A stretch of 64,000 bases of DNA from assembly GCA_013239625.1 (NCBI GenBank), contig MU053994.1, forward strand, positions 2,237,589 to 2,301,588, written 5' to 3'. Position 1 is the stretch's first letter; the number at the start of each line of letters is the position of its first letter. The stretch comes from Lama guanicoe (taxonomy: Eukaryota). This document shows positions 25,936 to 39,794 of this stretch, piece after piece. The notes beneath the pieces were generated by a model. It was not told where the DNA came from and ran no database searches. It worked only from the letters and a program-made list of their open reading frames with translations. Made by a program: the position numbers and the translations under genes.

Positions 25936-28380
25936 CCAGGTAACAAACAAACAAAAAAGGCTTGTCTAGGGTCCCACGGCTGTTGAATGGCATAGCTGGG
26001 ATTTGAACCCAAGTCTGCCTGACTCCAAAATCTATGCTCCCTCAAAGCATGGTTGAGGCTGACCCCATGGCAGGCTAGCGTTTGTGCACCACCCCCAACC
26101 AGAGTCGGAAGGCGAGGTGATTTTCCATCTTGTCTGCAGCCTACCCCTGCCCTAGTATACCACGATGTCCTTGAACCTCTCCTGCTCACCTGATGAAGGG
26201 GAGAAAAGCACCCTCCTTCTGCTGGGCCCCTTCTGCTCTTCTGCCTAACACGTCGACTACAGAAAGCTACTCCTGCTTCCCCCAGAGTCCCAGTACCAGC
26301 CAGGATGGCGGTGGCCCTTTCACTCGTGGCGTCTCCAACCACAGCAGCATCCTGGCTCTGCTGGTCTCAGGGCACACACACCTCTCTGAACTTCAGCTCT
26401 ATTTTCAGCGGTACCCTTACCAGGAAAGCAAGGATCTTGGAAACAATGACAATATTACAGACATGAGCCCAAGTTTATAGCCCACTGTTGTCTTCCCAGT
26501 GGACTTCCAGTCTGCCCACGAGCTGGGACAACACCTGGGACAGGCCCCCTACCCTCACCTCTGTCTACACTCAGCCAGAGGCTGATTTGAGCTGGCCCCT
26601 TGGTGGTGACATTGGGAACCCAGCCACTTCTGGTTCCTGCCTGCCTCTGACTGAGTGAGACTCTGGTCAATTCCAAGCACTGGTGACCCGAAGGCCCGGC
26701 ACCTGGGTGAGGAATGCCCTTCTCCCTGTCGTTCCCTGCTCCCAGTCCGTGTGGGCAGTGAGCATTTCTCACTTTCCTGTGGCTGGACTCTCACTCTCCC
26801 GTCTTCTTAAGGCCCCAAGAGAGTACGCCATTTGTTCAATGCCCTATCATGAGCTGACTGCAGAGCTGGGGCCTTGAACTTGGGATGTCATCTCCCACCG
26901 TTATCTCTTGCAGGAGACCCAGCGCCCCCCCCCCAACTGGCATTTGTGGAGTCTCAGCAGGGCCCACAGCCGTTCTGCCTCAGCGTGGAGTGAAGGCTAA
27001 CCGAAAGCAAAGCCTCTGGAGGAAGAGGAAATGTTCTCTGGATGCTGAATGGGAGACCTTGGGGAGGTGTGTGTGTGTGTGTGGGGGAGGCCTCTCTCTG
27101 ACTTGTGCCCAGGGAAAAGGCATAGTCAATGAGAAAGCCTTTGATGGGAGAGAGTCGGAGATGCAGCCGAGGAACATCATCACACATCACCCGGGATGGA
27201 CTTGGGACCCTCTGTCAGACCAGGCCAGTTCTCCTGATGTAAGGTCAACAGGCTGATGTCCTGGGGTACGGAGCTCCCTGGAAGTGGACTGCGATGCACG
27301 AGGAATCTACAATTGCTCATGTCCTGTGTGGTCTCGCTGAGGAAAGCCAGGCAAAATCTGGCAACTGAGCTGAAACGGCCAGGGCTCTTGGCTCCGAGCA
27401 ACAGGAAGCAATTCTGGTTTATTTCAGCAGAAAAGGACCCTATCAAAAGGGTCTTGGGAGGCTCACAAAATAACCAGGAGGGCTGGAGAACCGGGTTTGG
27501 AAAGCAGGCCAAACAAAGAATGCTGCGCAGCAGTCAGGACCATGGCCAAAGTCAGGCCAATCCAACGACAATCCCACTGCCAAGTCCAGGACACCTCGGC
27601 TTATACTGCCACCTCCAGACATAGCTATGGTCCCTGCCATTCCAGGAATGGAATGTCATTGCCATAGTGACTGCCACCCTCCACCAGAACGGACTTCTGT
27701 GCTCCCTACATCTCTGCATCACCACTTGCTGACACTGAGTCGTTCATGGAGTATCTGATTGGCTGAGCGTAAGTCAGGAGCCCACACTAACTGCAGTGGC
27801 AGCTGGGAAAGTGGCTCTGTGGTGTTTTTCTCTTCTTTGGTGAGAGGCAACTAGAAAGACAGGGAATTTCTCAGACACGGTAGTGGAGGGTGGATGCGGG
27901 TCAGCCATGAACTTACCTCACCTGGAAAAATGTAGAACAGCTATCCCCAGGGAGTGCTAGAGAATTGTATGCCTCCAGGGACAGCCTCAGCTTGTCTTCC
28001 CTTCCTCCAGATGCTGATGGAAGTGTGTGTGTGTGTGTGTGTGTGTGTGTCTAAGGACAGAAACATGTTACACGATATTGGGTCAGGGACCCTGGGTTCG
28101 ATTCTGAGGCCCCGAGGCTCAGTTCCACATCACAGCCTGCTGCCCTGCCTTCGAGCTTTCACAAGGTATGTGGTAGCTTCTGCTGTAGTCTGAGCCAGCG
28201 GGCCGAAAGATGCCCCTAAGACCGAGATAGCTCCAAATGGAATGGGGCCATTCGTTCTGCATAATGAAGGAGAGTGCAGGTTTCAGAGTCAGAAAGATTG
28301 GGGTTTACCAGCCATGTGACCTTGTACGTGTTCTTTAACTTCTCTGAAACTTAGTTTCCTTATCTGCAAAATGCAGATGA

Positions 28381-28957
28381 GGTGGCAGGCACCCAGCCTC
28401 CATTCCAACTTGGTCCTGTGGCGCCTTCATGTTCTGCAGAGGCTGGAAGGTTCCCAGACACCTTTGCAGCTGGGGCTGTGGATGAGAATTAGATTTCACC
28501 AATTAGATGCACTTGTGTGAGTTTCAGAAGGCAGCAGCGAGGAAGAGATTACTTGCTTGCTACTCTAGCTGTTGCTGCTGGAAACACTGAGTGTGAGCGA
28601 GAGAGAAAGAGAAAAAACATTCTAGTGTTTGATCAGTCAATTAGTCACCAGCTTTGTGGATACTGAGAGGTGTTGTGGTGGCAGTGGCTTCCTGATCCCT
28701 GGATGGCAACTACAATAGTGTCCTTTTGAAATCAACATCTCCGTGACTGGCCCCTGCCCTCCCCCACCTTCCTAATGATAGCAGAGATGGCATCAATCTT
28801 GGCAGCCCAGTTCAGTGGTGTTATGGGAGTCTAGAACCTGCTTCTCCAGCCCTTCCAATTATTTTTGTAAGCGCCTAATTTCCTGTATTAAATTTCTTCT
28901 AGCTTAAGATAGCTGGAGAGGTTTTCTGTTTCCTGCAGCCGAACCCTAACTACTATA
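28381..28957 (+). mobile_element. ERVL LTR (LTR33-like) inserted into a MIR (28280-28380 and 28958-29050)
   Basis: 3' end tgtattaaatttcttctagcttaagatagctggagaggttttctgtttcctgcagccgaaccctaact. Confidence 0.6.
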
Positions 28958-31327
28958 GGAGTCACACCCCATTGCTCACACAGTTGTTGGGATGAGATGA
29001 GGTGATGGGTGCTATACAGCCTTGTAAACTGTAAAGCCCTTAACATCTGTTAGGGTGAAAAAAAGAAAAAAAATTTTTTTACCAAAGTATAGTTAATTTA
29101 CAATGTTGTGTTAGTTTCAGGTGTACAGCACAGTGATTCAGTTATGTTAGGTGTTTTTCAAGAAAGAGTGGCCCTTTTGTCAGGGGAGACGAGATGTGAT
29201 GGAAATCTTGCTGACGTGTCACTCCAATGTTTACACGCCCCAGTCAGTTCTTTCACCTCGAACTGCTGGGGCAGAAGACAGCCTGAATGAATTTAGGTAA
29301 TTTGAGTGGGTCACCTGCTTTTGGGGGCTGCAAGGGTATTCCTGTGGATTCAGGGGGAATTCTGCCTCTCTGTTCACCGTTAGAGCAATGACTGGTGCTC
29401 CACGGTGCCTGGGAAAGGTGGCAGATGCCCTGATGTGAGCCTGAAAAGTCAGCTACCCCGGGACTCTCCCCTACCCGTGCTGGGCTCCCCTGCTAGCCCA
29501 TCAGTTTGTGTTAAAGCTCGCATTCATTCCTTACCCCTCCTAGTTAAATCTTTGTGTTTACAAAACCTTCCCCTCCCCTCCCATCAGGCTTGAAGGATCT
29601 CCCTTTTTGTGGTGAGTAACATTCTCATGGCCGTGGCATCGGCCCCTAATTCCTGTCACAAAATGAGGGCCGTCTGTGGGGTGAGGGGCCAGGCAGGTGG
29701 CCCTGGGGGCCATGAAGCTGGGAGGAAGCTGGGCTGGGCTTGGCTGCCAGAACAATCCAGGCTCCACTCCAGCCCATCAGGGGGCATGAGGCTGAGTGGG
29801 CAAGATAAACCATTTCAGTGGTTTTCAGGAGCCCTAATCAATTGCGAGGCAGGGCGCAGCCCTCGGGGACAGATAAAGCCAGCCCCACGCTCCAAGCCCA
29901 GTTGGAGCCAACGTTTGTGTGGTTTGAACTTTTGTGCGGTTTGGACAAGTCCAGCTAGCTTTGCTGGAGCCGTTTCCTCTGTTCCCAACTGTAGTGCAAT
30001 GAGGTGAGCGGCCCTGGACCCCACAAACCAACCCTGGAATGATTTAGGTGGCCGATCCTCTCTCCCCGCAGGGTCCTACAGGCTGGGGCATGTCCGGGCC
30101 ATGCCCCTGGCTCTCGCCGGTGGCTCAGGGTTTTAGCAACACTGCGTTGCCCAAGGCAGGCGAGACCTACGCATCGGGAGCTGAGCTGCTGCAGATTTGA
30201 TTCTCTGCCCCTGCTTCCAAACTAGAAAGCCCATGCCCACTTTCAGATTCCATCTTCACCACGGCTGCCTCCGGGACGCGCAGTCGCCTTGTGCAGAGGA
30301 AGCCCAGGACGCTGGGGACACCGCCTGGAGCCTGGGCGCATAGCAGCAGGGCTTTTTCCGCCCCTCCTCCAGCTTGAGGTTTCTTGTTTAACCTCTAAGT
30401 TGCCAGAAGATATCCGGAGGGTTCATGGGCAGGCCTTTGGCTGACTCTGAGCAAGGCAGGGCACCCCAGATTCGAGCACCACCGGCGGGCGCTCCTTGTG
30501 CCAATATCTGCTGCGCTTGTGGGCTGCAGGGCAAGGCGGCCCGGCGAGGTGGATGGACGCTGGGTGGCATGGACCCATCTGTCAATGCTCTGTCCCCTGG
30601 GAAGCCTGTGTCAGCCTGTGGGGGCCCCAGCAAAATAGAATCAGGAACAGGTGCTGCCTGGGAGGGAAACTCGGGTGCCTGGTGTATCTCAGTGATGCTC
30701 GCACCCTCCAGGGACCTTCCTGCCTCCACAGAAGGTGGGGACAGAGAGAGAGAGAGGCGAGCATGGAGAGAGAGAAAGGGAAGTGGGAAGAAACTGGTCA
30801 CGGAGGAGGCTATTTTTATTCTTTGCTACAGCTGCGTGCATTTCTCTGACCAACTAGGCAGAGAAAATCATTCTGGCTCCCGGTGAAGCAGGCCTTAAAC
30901 TTGGGGTGGGGGAACAGGGCAGGGAGTGGGAGGTGCACGGGAAAGGGGCAAAGAGGGGGCAATCCCTGAGGATCCAGCTAACCACAGCCTCCAGAAGCCC
31001 TCACTGTACAGAACAACCCCCCTCTGCCGCCCCCTACCCCAGATGCTTCAGCCTTAACTTTGGCTGCCAGCGGTGGGCCATCCTTTCCCTTCTGGTGACA
31101 CCTTGTGCATGACCCAGTTGAGACTGGGCATTTGTTCATCACTGTCTTCTTCTGTTGGGCCTCGGAGGAGAGCCTTATTCCTTCCTGGCAGGGGACGAGA
31201 CCTCCTGGGTGGTGTCAGTTGCCACGATCACCCTAGCATCTGGAGAAACTGGCAAATGTCCCAAACAGGAAACCAAGATTAGGGGCCAGGGCCCTAGAGT
31301 TACTCTTTTGAGGCCATGATTGTCTAA

Positions 31328-31624
31328 GTCAGCAGTTCCCAAAGTGTGTGCCAATGATCCCCATGGTACCCCAGACCTTTTCAGACTGTCTTTTCTAACT
31401 GCAAAGCTCCATAAGGTTGGATTTTCTTCATATACTTCAACCAAAACCACATAGCACAACAGATTGGATGCTGAAGCAGCTAGGAGAAAGCAGCTGTCTT
31501 CTCTGAAGCCAGACATTAAAGAGGCTCGCAAAAATGTAAAACAATGTCACTTTTCTCCTTAATTTTTTTTGTTTCAGAAGACACAGTCCTTTTTTCATGA
31601 AATTATGCTATTGATGTTAACATG
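31328..31624 (+). mobile_element. Charlie1-type hAT DNA transposon fragment
   Basis: ggttggattttcttcatatacttcaaccaaaac...gccagacattaaagag...aaaaatgtaaaacaatg. Confidence 0.7.
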
Positions 31625-31860
31625 CATATTAGTTATCGATTGCCGTGTAACAAATGACCCCAAAGCTTAGTGGCTGAAAACAACACACATTTATTATCTC
31701 TCAGTTTCTGTAGGTCAGGAATCTGGAAGCAGCCAGCTTAGCTGGGTGGCTCTGGCTCAGGGTCTTTCATGAGGCTGTGGTCCAGGTATGGTCCAGGGCC
31801 GCAGTCATCTCAAAGCTCAACCAAGGAAAGAAAGGATCCACCCCAAGCTCAGTCATGTGG
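31625..31860 (-). mobile_element. MLT1-type LTR fragment
   Basis: gtaacaaatgaccccaaagcttagtggctgaaaacaacacacatttattatctc. Confidence 0.7.
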
Positions 31861-33004
31861 GTAGGGTGGGCCCAGCTTGCAGGGTCCAGGGAGCAAGGAA
31901 TGTGTGGCAGCTGTGGTTAGATGGGCATGAGGCCCTGGTGAGCCAGGATGGTCTGGTATATCTCAGCTTCTTCATGCCTAGTTAATTGGTGACTGCGGGA
32001 CTCGGGGTAGAAGACCCCGTAAGTGGAAGATGTAACCTTATGGACAGAGTTGCAATTTCTGGTTCAGTTTCCCTTTTCTCAATGAAGAGTCTCCTTCTGG
32101 AGCTGCCTTGACATGTTTGGGCTTTGATTTTGATCCTGGAGATTCCTCTGTGGCTTTCAGCATCCTCCGTTAATCCCCGTGTTAGGGATGCCCCCGGGGG
32201 GAAAAGGCTACGATTCATGAGAGAGACCCCCAAACGTGTGAAGACTGGTCTCCTTTATCATCATCTCATTGACACCAGGGAAGCTTGAGCTGCCAGCCTT
32301 CTAATAGGATGAGGTAGGGGAAGTCTGGGGCAGAGAGAGGCCAAAAACCCAGTGTGGAGACAGAAAGCTGCTGGGCTCCGGAAGAAGAGAAGCAGGGGTG
32401 GGTGGCTGGGATGGAGGGAGCGCACAGTTGTGATCTTCTCTACTTCAAAGTCCGGCCTCACCAGCCCTGCTCTCAGGGTCAGCTAAGGTAGGAGCCCCCC
32501 AGCCCCTCTTCCAGCCCCTGAAAGCCATCCTGAGAGAGGAAATGTGGCCCCTCACTCAGTGGTATCAGGGGCGTGGATTGTGCTGCCGAAGGCGGGGAGG
32601 CCCCCGCCCTCAGGTATCACGCAGCATGCTTCAGTTCTGCCTGCTCTCGGGACCGGGCCCCAGCCCAGCGGGCTCTGGAAGGACCAGGCCAGGCCTCCGA
32701 CACAGGTCAGGGGTGCTTTTTGTTGGGGGGAGGAAGGATGTTGCTTAAAATGTCGCCTCTCTGGGGCCCAGCACAGTTCTTCCAGAGCTGTCTTCTCCTT
32801 GCTGGTTCATTGGTGGCTTCAGGCCTTGGGTTTGAATGTGGACTGAGTCTTAGCAAAAATGCTAAAACAATGCAAATATTTGTGTGCACCTTCAACCCTT
32901 ATTGGGGTTGAGCCCTTTTGAAGAGAGAACGGGGGATTACCTTTGGTTTCTGGCCTCATGGATGAAGTCGGTGAGCTAATAATAACCAGGCCAGGTGCCC
33001 AAGA

Positions 33005-33205
33005 TACCAGCAGGTCTCAGGTCACTGTCCCGGACCGGCAGCCTCGGCGTCACCAGGGAACTTGACAGCAATGCACATTTGGGGGCTCACCCCAGACCTA
33101 CTGAGTCAGAAGCTTTGGGAGTGGGGGTGGGGGTGGGGCTTGGGACGCTGTGTTTTAACAGGCCTTCCAGGTGATTTTGATGCCCTTCCAAGAACCACAG
33201 TTTGA
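33005..33205 (+). mobile_element. MER5A-like MITE
   Basis: ggaccggcagcctcggcgtcacc...cccagacctactgagtcagaa...ttttaacaggccttccaggtgatt. Confidence 0.65.
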
Positions 33206-34204
33206 CGAAGAATATGATTCTTATTTAACAGATGAAGAAAACGAAGATCAGAGGGGCCAAGTCACTCGGCCGAGATTGTGCGGCCAGCAAGTCTGGTGCC
33301 AGGACTCAAACCAGGTCTTTCAGGAGAGGAACTCTTATTTTTTCCTTTTGTCTCGTCCCACCCCCTCCCTCTCCAGCCCCACCCCTCCTTCCTCTCACCC
33401 GGAGGTTCTCAACTTGGCCGCATATATTGACATCACCTGGGGAGCTTTAAAAACTAATTTTGCTGTTAGGGCTCCACCCTAGGAAACTGAATCTCCGGGG
33501 TGTGACTCCAGCATCTGAACCTTTTATTCCCTATTCACAGGCAGCCTTACCCAGATGCCTCTGCGATTCCAAATGTTTCTGCTGCACGCCTTCGCACTAA
33601 GGTGTTAGTAACTGGATGTGTTACCTTTCTCAGGGTATCTGCATTTGAAAAAAGAACCAAGGACATAAAATAATGAATTGCGTAAGCATCCTAGCGAGTG
33701 GGAGAGACCAGCTTTTGATCTCTTTTTTTCCCACTTGCAGCAGATTTATTACTCTCACATGTCCTGCTAGGAATCTACCCAGCCGTCTTGGCTGAGATTT
33801 CTGAATATGCTGTGTCTTTTTGAGGGGATTTTTGGGCTGGAAGAACTTGAATGAATCCTTTTCTGAATGTCCTTAAGCCATCAACATTGCCCACAAAGGG
33901 CTGAGTTTCCCAAACCAGTAACAGCCAGTCAGTCCCATTCTAACTAGCTAGCAAAACCAAAATTATTCCCCAAAATGGATTTTTTTTCCCCAACCATTCA
34001 ATTTTCCCCCGTCAGGCCGTTCCAGTGCCCATCCAAACATACTCTGCTGCAGAAATTGAGGTGGTATGTACCTCAGCCATAAGTTAGAGTCCTTTTCCAG
34101 ACCCCAATTCCAGCAAATCGTATGAGACCCTTAGCGTGGCTATTTCCAGGACATGACAAGATTTCGATGTTGACGCCTCCTTTTAATTTTTTTAATTGTC
34201 AAAA

Positions 34205-34343
34205 ACTTTTACTTGTTTGCTTTTATTTGTGGAGGGGGAAGGTAATTAGGTTTATTAATTTTTTTAATGGCGATACTGGAGATTGAACCCAGAACCTCAT
34301 GCATGCTAAGTATGCGCTCTACCACTGAGCTGTACCCTCCCCG
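34205..34343 (-). mobile_element. tRNA-Ala-derived SINE (vic-1 type)
   Basis: gattgaacccagaacctcatgcatgctaagtatgcgctctaccactgagctgtaccctcccc. Confidence 0.9.
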
Positions 34344-35317
34344 CACCGTGAACCTTTTTAAAGTGAAGTATAGTTGATGTACAATATTATCGCAAACCTT
34401 TGAGTTTTGAAAATGAAGAAAAATAAAAGCCACCCTAAAAATGATTTTTTTTTTTTAAACCGGCAGCTACATTTCTACTCTGCTTCTTGCACCTGGTGGC
34501 TTCTCCGCCCTTCAGGAAACAGCCCACTTGTCAGCAGCTGGGTTCATTACCACAGTATCGACCCTGACACGTTCCACGCGGGCCGCCTCCCCCGGAGTTC
34601 CTCAATTCACACCCTAAATGAAACGTAATTGGACCTGGACATCTTTGAAGTCCCTGAGCAGCTTGCCAGCATTTTGAAATGTCCTTGATTTGCATGGTGA
34701 AGACCTAGTTGGAGGTGACTTTTTCTTTCCCCTCATCCCACAGTTTTAAAGACAGAATGATTTTAAATGACATTCCCCAGCCAGGAGGAGTTACCATGGA
34801 GGAAATAAAAATTCTCAAAGTCCCCAAAAGAAAAGGACTTGATGAATCTCTAATTTGCCCCTCTCCTTGGGTTTTCTTCTGTGAGGGCCGTAGGCTAGGC
34901 CATGGTTTCCTCTCCAACTTCTCCCCAGGTCCCCGACCTGGGGGAGGACAAGAATCCGAGGGACTCTGGCCAGAAGGTTCCGAAGGCCGGCAGGTCGCTG
35001 TCAGACCTGAGGCAAGAAGACGAGCCCCGCCGCAGGCCGGTGAGTTGGTGAGGGAGGCCATGTGTTCAGCAGGGATCATCTCTCTCCCTTTCCGGCTGAG
35101 CCAGGGCTGCAGAGATCACGCTCAATCCTAGAAATCGGTGTGCCTGCCTGCCCTGGGGGCCTAGAGCTGGATGACTTCCTGCTGCCTGCTGCCATCATTC
35201 GTGCCCGCAGCCTAGGCGGGCGCTTGTCGAGCCGGGGGGGACCTTGGACCTTGGCGATCTGCTTTGCTCCTCGGGGGTGGCCGTCCTCCGAAGCAAATGA
35301 TCCGCTTTCCCCCAGAG

Positions 35318-35473
35318 CAGCGCTGTTCAATAGAACTTTCGGTAAGAAGGGAAAGGTTCTCTCTCTCTGCTGAGATGTGGCTAGTGCAACTGACAACAGC
35401 AATGTTCAACTTTACGTAATTTTATTTAATCTAAGTAGCCACATGTGACTAGTGACCGCTGTATTGGACAGCA
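35318..35473 (+). mobile_element. MER3-like hAT MITE
   Basis: cagcgctgttcaatagaactttc...agtagccacatgtgactagtg...gtattggacagc. Confidence 0.7.
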
Positions 35474-35974
35474 AAGGGACAGGTGATCAAATAAAACCCA
35501 AGAGTGGATGCCCCAGTTTGGAGGGTGTATGGTATTGACTATCGACTCCCCCGAAAGACTGTTGATCAAGCAAAGCTTAATTTATCAGACCCACTTCAGT
35601 AAGGAAGCGTACCCAGGTGACAGAATGCTGGTGACGTCTCCAAGCAGGGACACTGGGGAAGGGTATTTGTAGCATTTTAGAGACTGGACTGGGTGATTTT
35701 GAAATTGGGTCTTTCAAGGCAAGAAACTGACTGGGATGGGGCAGAGTTTATGACAAAATCGTTCTGGATTGGTGAACACAGCAAGGCAGAGGTTTTGTTA
35801 GGTCTTGATAAGCTAGCTATTGGTCTTGTTAACAAGCTATTTTAGTTGGTTATCTTCCCGGTGGAAGTATTTCTTAGAACGAATAGCGAAGTTATTTTCA
35901 TTTGTTCTCAGTATTCTTTCAACATGGGGATGGGAAAGTATGCCTGGTCCCGGTGCTGTTTAACGTAGGGACAG

Positions 35975-36450
35975 GGAATAACAAATTATCCCCAAGTGTA
36001 GTGACTTGAAACAATACCCATTTCTTATCTCACAGTTGCTGAAGATCAGGAATTTGGGAGCAGCTGAATTGGGTGGTCCTGGCTTGGGGTCTCCCGTGAG
36101 GTTGTAGCCAGGATGTTGGCCCAAGTCACCAATGATCACCTGAAAGATTTCCCGGGGCTGGAGGACCCACTTTCAAGGTGGCTTACTTGCGTGGCTGGTG
36201 AAACGGGGTTGGCTGTTGGCAGGAGGGCTCAGTTCCTTGGCATGTGGGCCCCTCATGAGGCTGCTTGGGAATCCTCCTGGCACGGTAGCTAGCTTCCCCT
36301 AGAGCAAGTGATTCAAAAGAGCCAGACAGAACCCAGAGTGTCTTTTATGACTTAACCTTGGAAGTGTCACATCATCAAAATATGCTGTTGGTTACACAGG
36401 GCAGCCTTGTTCAACATGGGAGGTGACCATGTAAAGGGGTTAATAGCGGG
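35975..36450 (-). mobile_element. MLT1-type LTR
   Basis: aacaaattatccccaagtgtagtgacttgaaacaata...tttcttatctcacag. Confidence 0.7.
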
Positions 36451-36637
36451 GATGAGACTCAGGGAGAGGGAATTTGGGGGTTTCAGTTCTCAGGGGTAGG
36501 TGGGGGGCAGTGGTATAAGGGAGGGTGCAGAGGTTCCTAGGTTTCCAAGTTGAGACACGACTGCGGCTGGTCTGTGTATGTTGGGGAAGGGGGGACCCAC
36601 TGGCTGACCCAGCCTTCTGCCCTCTTTTAATGGAGCG

Positions 36638-37360
36638 TTGTTCCAGTTACCATCACTATGTAACAAGTCCCTCCAAAATTTAGTGACTTCAAACAACCAT
36701 TGTGTTATGCTCATGGACTCTGTGGGTCAGGAATTCTGGTGGGGTGCAGCGGGGGATGGCTTGTCTGTGCGCCACCACGTCTGGGACCTCAGCTGGGAAG
36801 ACTCCGAGCCCAGCGATGATAGTTGCGGGCTGGAGTTATTTGCAGTTTCAATCATCGACATGTCCGGTGCCTGTGCTGGGGGGAAGCAGAGGCTTGGATG
36901 GGGACTGGAGAACCTACAGGTGGCCTCCCTACATAACTTGGGCTTTATCGCAGCATGGTGGCCTCGGCTTGGTGGGACTTCTGACGTGGGGGCTCAGTCA
37001 TTGTTCTAGCAAACAAGGCGGAAGCTGCATGGGCGTTTAGGGCTCAGCCTTGGGCATCCCCAGACATCACTTCCACTGTTCTTTCATTCATTCTTTCTTT
37101 CATTTCTTTATTTACCTTAACAGAGGCACTGGGGATTGAACCCAGGACCTCGTGCATGCCAAGCATGCACCCTACCACTGAGCTATACCTGCCCCCTCTA
37201 CTGTACTTTTTTGATGCAAGCAGTCACAAGCCTGCCAGAATTCAGGGGAAGGGGGTCACAGACCCAGTCTGTCAATGGGAAATGTCAGTGTCACATTGTA
37301 GAAGAGCACATGGGCTGGATGATATTGTCACAGCGTTTCTTGGGAAAGACAGTCTGTTGT
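36638..37360 (-). mobile_element. MLT1-type LTR containing a vic-1 SINE
   Basis: gtaacaagtccctccaaaatttagtgacttcaaacaacc...ttgggaaagacagtctg. Confidence 0.65.
37085..37196 (-). mobile_element. tRNA-Ala-derived SINE (vic-1 type)
   Basis: ggggattgaacccaggacctcgtgcatgccaagcatgcaccctaccactgagctatacc. Confidence 0.88.
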
Positions 37361-37817
37361 GCACCCCAATTTTCCGAAGACTTTTGTCTTTGATGGGTGG
37401 GAACAGGAGCTGCTGAGGGAATGCAGGCCCTGGGCACCCCACACAGCATCTCTGCTAGATCGTGCTTGTTCCTTGCCCATCACAGGTCACTGGCCCGAGT
37501 CCGAGCTGAGTGGGACACACGAGGGGGAATAGCTGAACCCAGGAGAGGGGGTTCTTCACACAGGCCCATAGGACAGTGTCCCAGATTGTGGGGCCAGAGA
37601 GAGCTCTGCCACTTACTGCGTGGTCTTGGACAAGTGGCTTATCTCTGAATTGGGAAGAAGTCCTGCCTCGGGATCACTGTTGGGAGCAGGTTAGGTGAGG
37701 CGTGCAGAGGATGGCAGGATGCTTGGGACATGGGTGGGTATTCAACAGATGGGAGCCACTGTGACACTGTCTATTATTCACTTATCCAACCTGAGTTCAA
37801 TCATCTGTGGCACAGTA

Positions 37818-38145
37818 TTCGTCGTATATTGCTGGGTAACAAGTCACCCCCAAACTTAGTGGCTTAAAACAACAGAAATCATTTCTTCCCCACTCTCTTG
37901 CTTTCTCTGGCGCAGACATCCAAAGCTTGGTCAGGTGGCCGTGGCCCAGCTTTTCTCAAAAGGTGGCAGTCAGACGTGGCTGGGGCTGCAGTTGTCTGAA
38001 GGCTCAAAGTGGTTCAGTCACGTGGCTGGCAAGCTGGCACTGGCTGCTGGCTGGGGGCCTCAGTTCTCTCCACGCAGGCCTCCACACAGCTGCTTGAGTG
38101 TCCTCATGCCATGGCAGCTGGGATCCCCTACAGCCAAGTTTCTCC
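37818..38145 (-). mobile_element. MLT1-type LTR fragment
   Basis: gtaacaagtcacccccaaacttagtggcttaaaacaacag. Confidence 0.65.
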
Positions 38146-39782
38146 GGGAGGGTAGAATCTGGGTCTCTCTTAGTCTCCACCGTATCTCAGCCTGATGCCC
38201 AGCTCAGTATTCTGTGAGAGTTTAAAAGGCTGAGAACTGACTGCCTCAGCCACTCTGCTTTCAGCCTTTTATATTCTTCTGCAAGGTCTTTTAGGCCTCT
38301 TCCCAGGCTGATGGCAGTCTCAAGGTTTCAAAGAGGATCCCAAGGTTGTGGAAGGGGAAAATCAGGGAGAGACAGCCACCAAGGCCCAGGGCCCAGGTGC
38401 CCCTCCTTATTGGAAATGCTCCTTCCAGAGCTTGACCTTGGACTTCTGAGTGTGTTCAAAGGGAGACTGTCCTAGCAGGCTGAGAGCTGTGCAAACCCTG
38501 AGAGAGAGAGAGAAGGAAGTGCGTGCGAGGAGCTCATATTCCACTGACGGGAAGCAAGGAGCCCGGGGTTCCAGCTAAGCCGAAAAGGCCAGATCAAAGT
38601 TGCTGTTCTGCTGAAGTAGCAGGTGCAAAGGCCCTGAGGTGGGGCAGTGGGGAGCACCTTCTGAGCCCTCTGAGCCAGGAGGGCTGGGCTGCGAGGGCAG
38701 GGCCAGATGAAGCCAGAACAGGGGGTAAAAGCAGAGCAGTGGGGTGATGGAGGCAGCCAGGAGGAGGAAGAGGGGGCTGGGGTGGGGGTCTTAAAGCAGG
38801 GAACCTGCAAATTTCTGGGCAAAAGTCAAGAGGGTCTGAACCAAGGCAGAGCCCTGGGAAAGGGGTAGGCAGGTTCCAGAAACATTTAGATGTAAACTTG
38901 ACCAGATTAGACAGCCAGACTGGATAGAGGGGAGAAGGTAGGATGATGGGTGAGTGGTTTTCCCTCTGAAGATTCTTTCTCTGGGATGTTCAGAGGCAGC
39001 AGTTGCTATAAGGACACTTAAGGTGTTTTGCTCAGTGTCCTGAGACCAGAAAGAGAACCTAGAAAGCCTGGGGCCTCGCAGAGTGTGGCCCCTGATGTCC
39101 TTTACCCAGAGGCCCCCACTGCTCCTCATCCCCCAGGCAAACTGCCCTGCTGAGAAACGCGCAGGGATGACTGTCTAGATGTGCAGGCTACCGAGTCCTG
39201 GCACATGTATCACTTTCTCTTTTAATTGTCCGGGTGGGAGTTGTGATTCCCATTCTACAGATGAAGCAAGTGAGGCTTCTGGGCTCAGAGAGCTGTGATG
39301 TCTTTTCTAAGGTCAGAGAGGTAGCAGAGTCTGTCCTGGAACCCAGCCGAGTCTTTCTCTTCAACATCCTTCCCTGCTTTCTCATCTCCCAGCTCCCTTA
39401 ACAACCACTCGTATGGAGTCAAGGTCATAAGTATTTGCAGAGTTCTTCCAGGGCCTCTGTGAGCTGAGGCGATATGGCAGGTTTGGGGCGGTGGTTCCTG
39501 ACAGGTGTGTTAGCGGTGTGGGTGTATGGTAGGGTGGGAATAGTGGGGGCGAGGGACAGAGAGACCAGAGCTATCAATCAGAAAGGGGTCCCTGAAGGCA
39601 GGCTGATGTGGCTGGGGCTACATTCAGGAAACCCATCAGGATGACAGTGACCTTGGGCAAAGACCCATCAAGGCAGGTGTCAAGTTCCCGGAGATCTTGA
39701 TAACAGGGCTCTTTGCTGTCTCCCTCTTCTGGTGCCAGGTGTTCAGGAACTTGACCCCCTCTCCTGGTTTTGTCTTGTTTAC

Positions 39783-39794
39783 NNNNNNNNNNNN
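39783..39794. other. Assembly gap (12 N)
   Basis: N run. Confidence 1.

Noticed and set aside
33677..33685. Isolated C/EBP, AP-1 and NF-kB words (for example ATTGCGTAA here and GTTGCACAAC at 54308)
   Set aside because: Short motifs are expected by chance in 64 kb, and there is no independent support.
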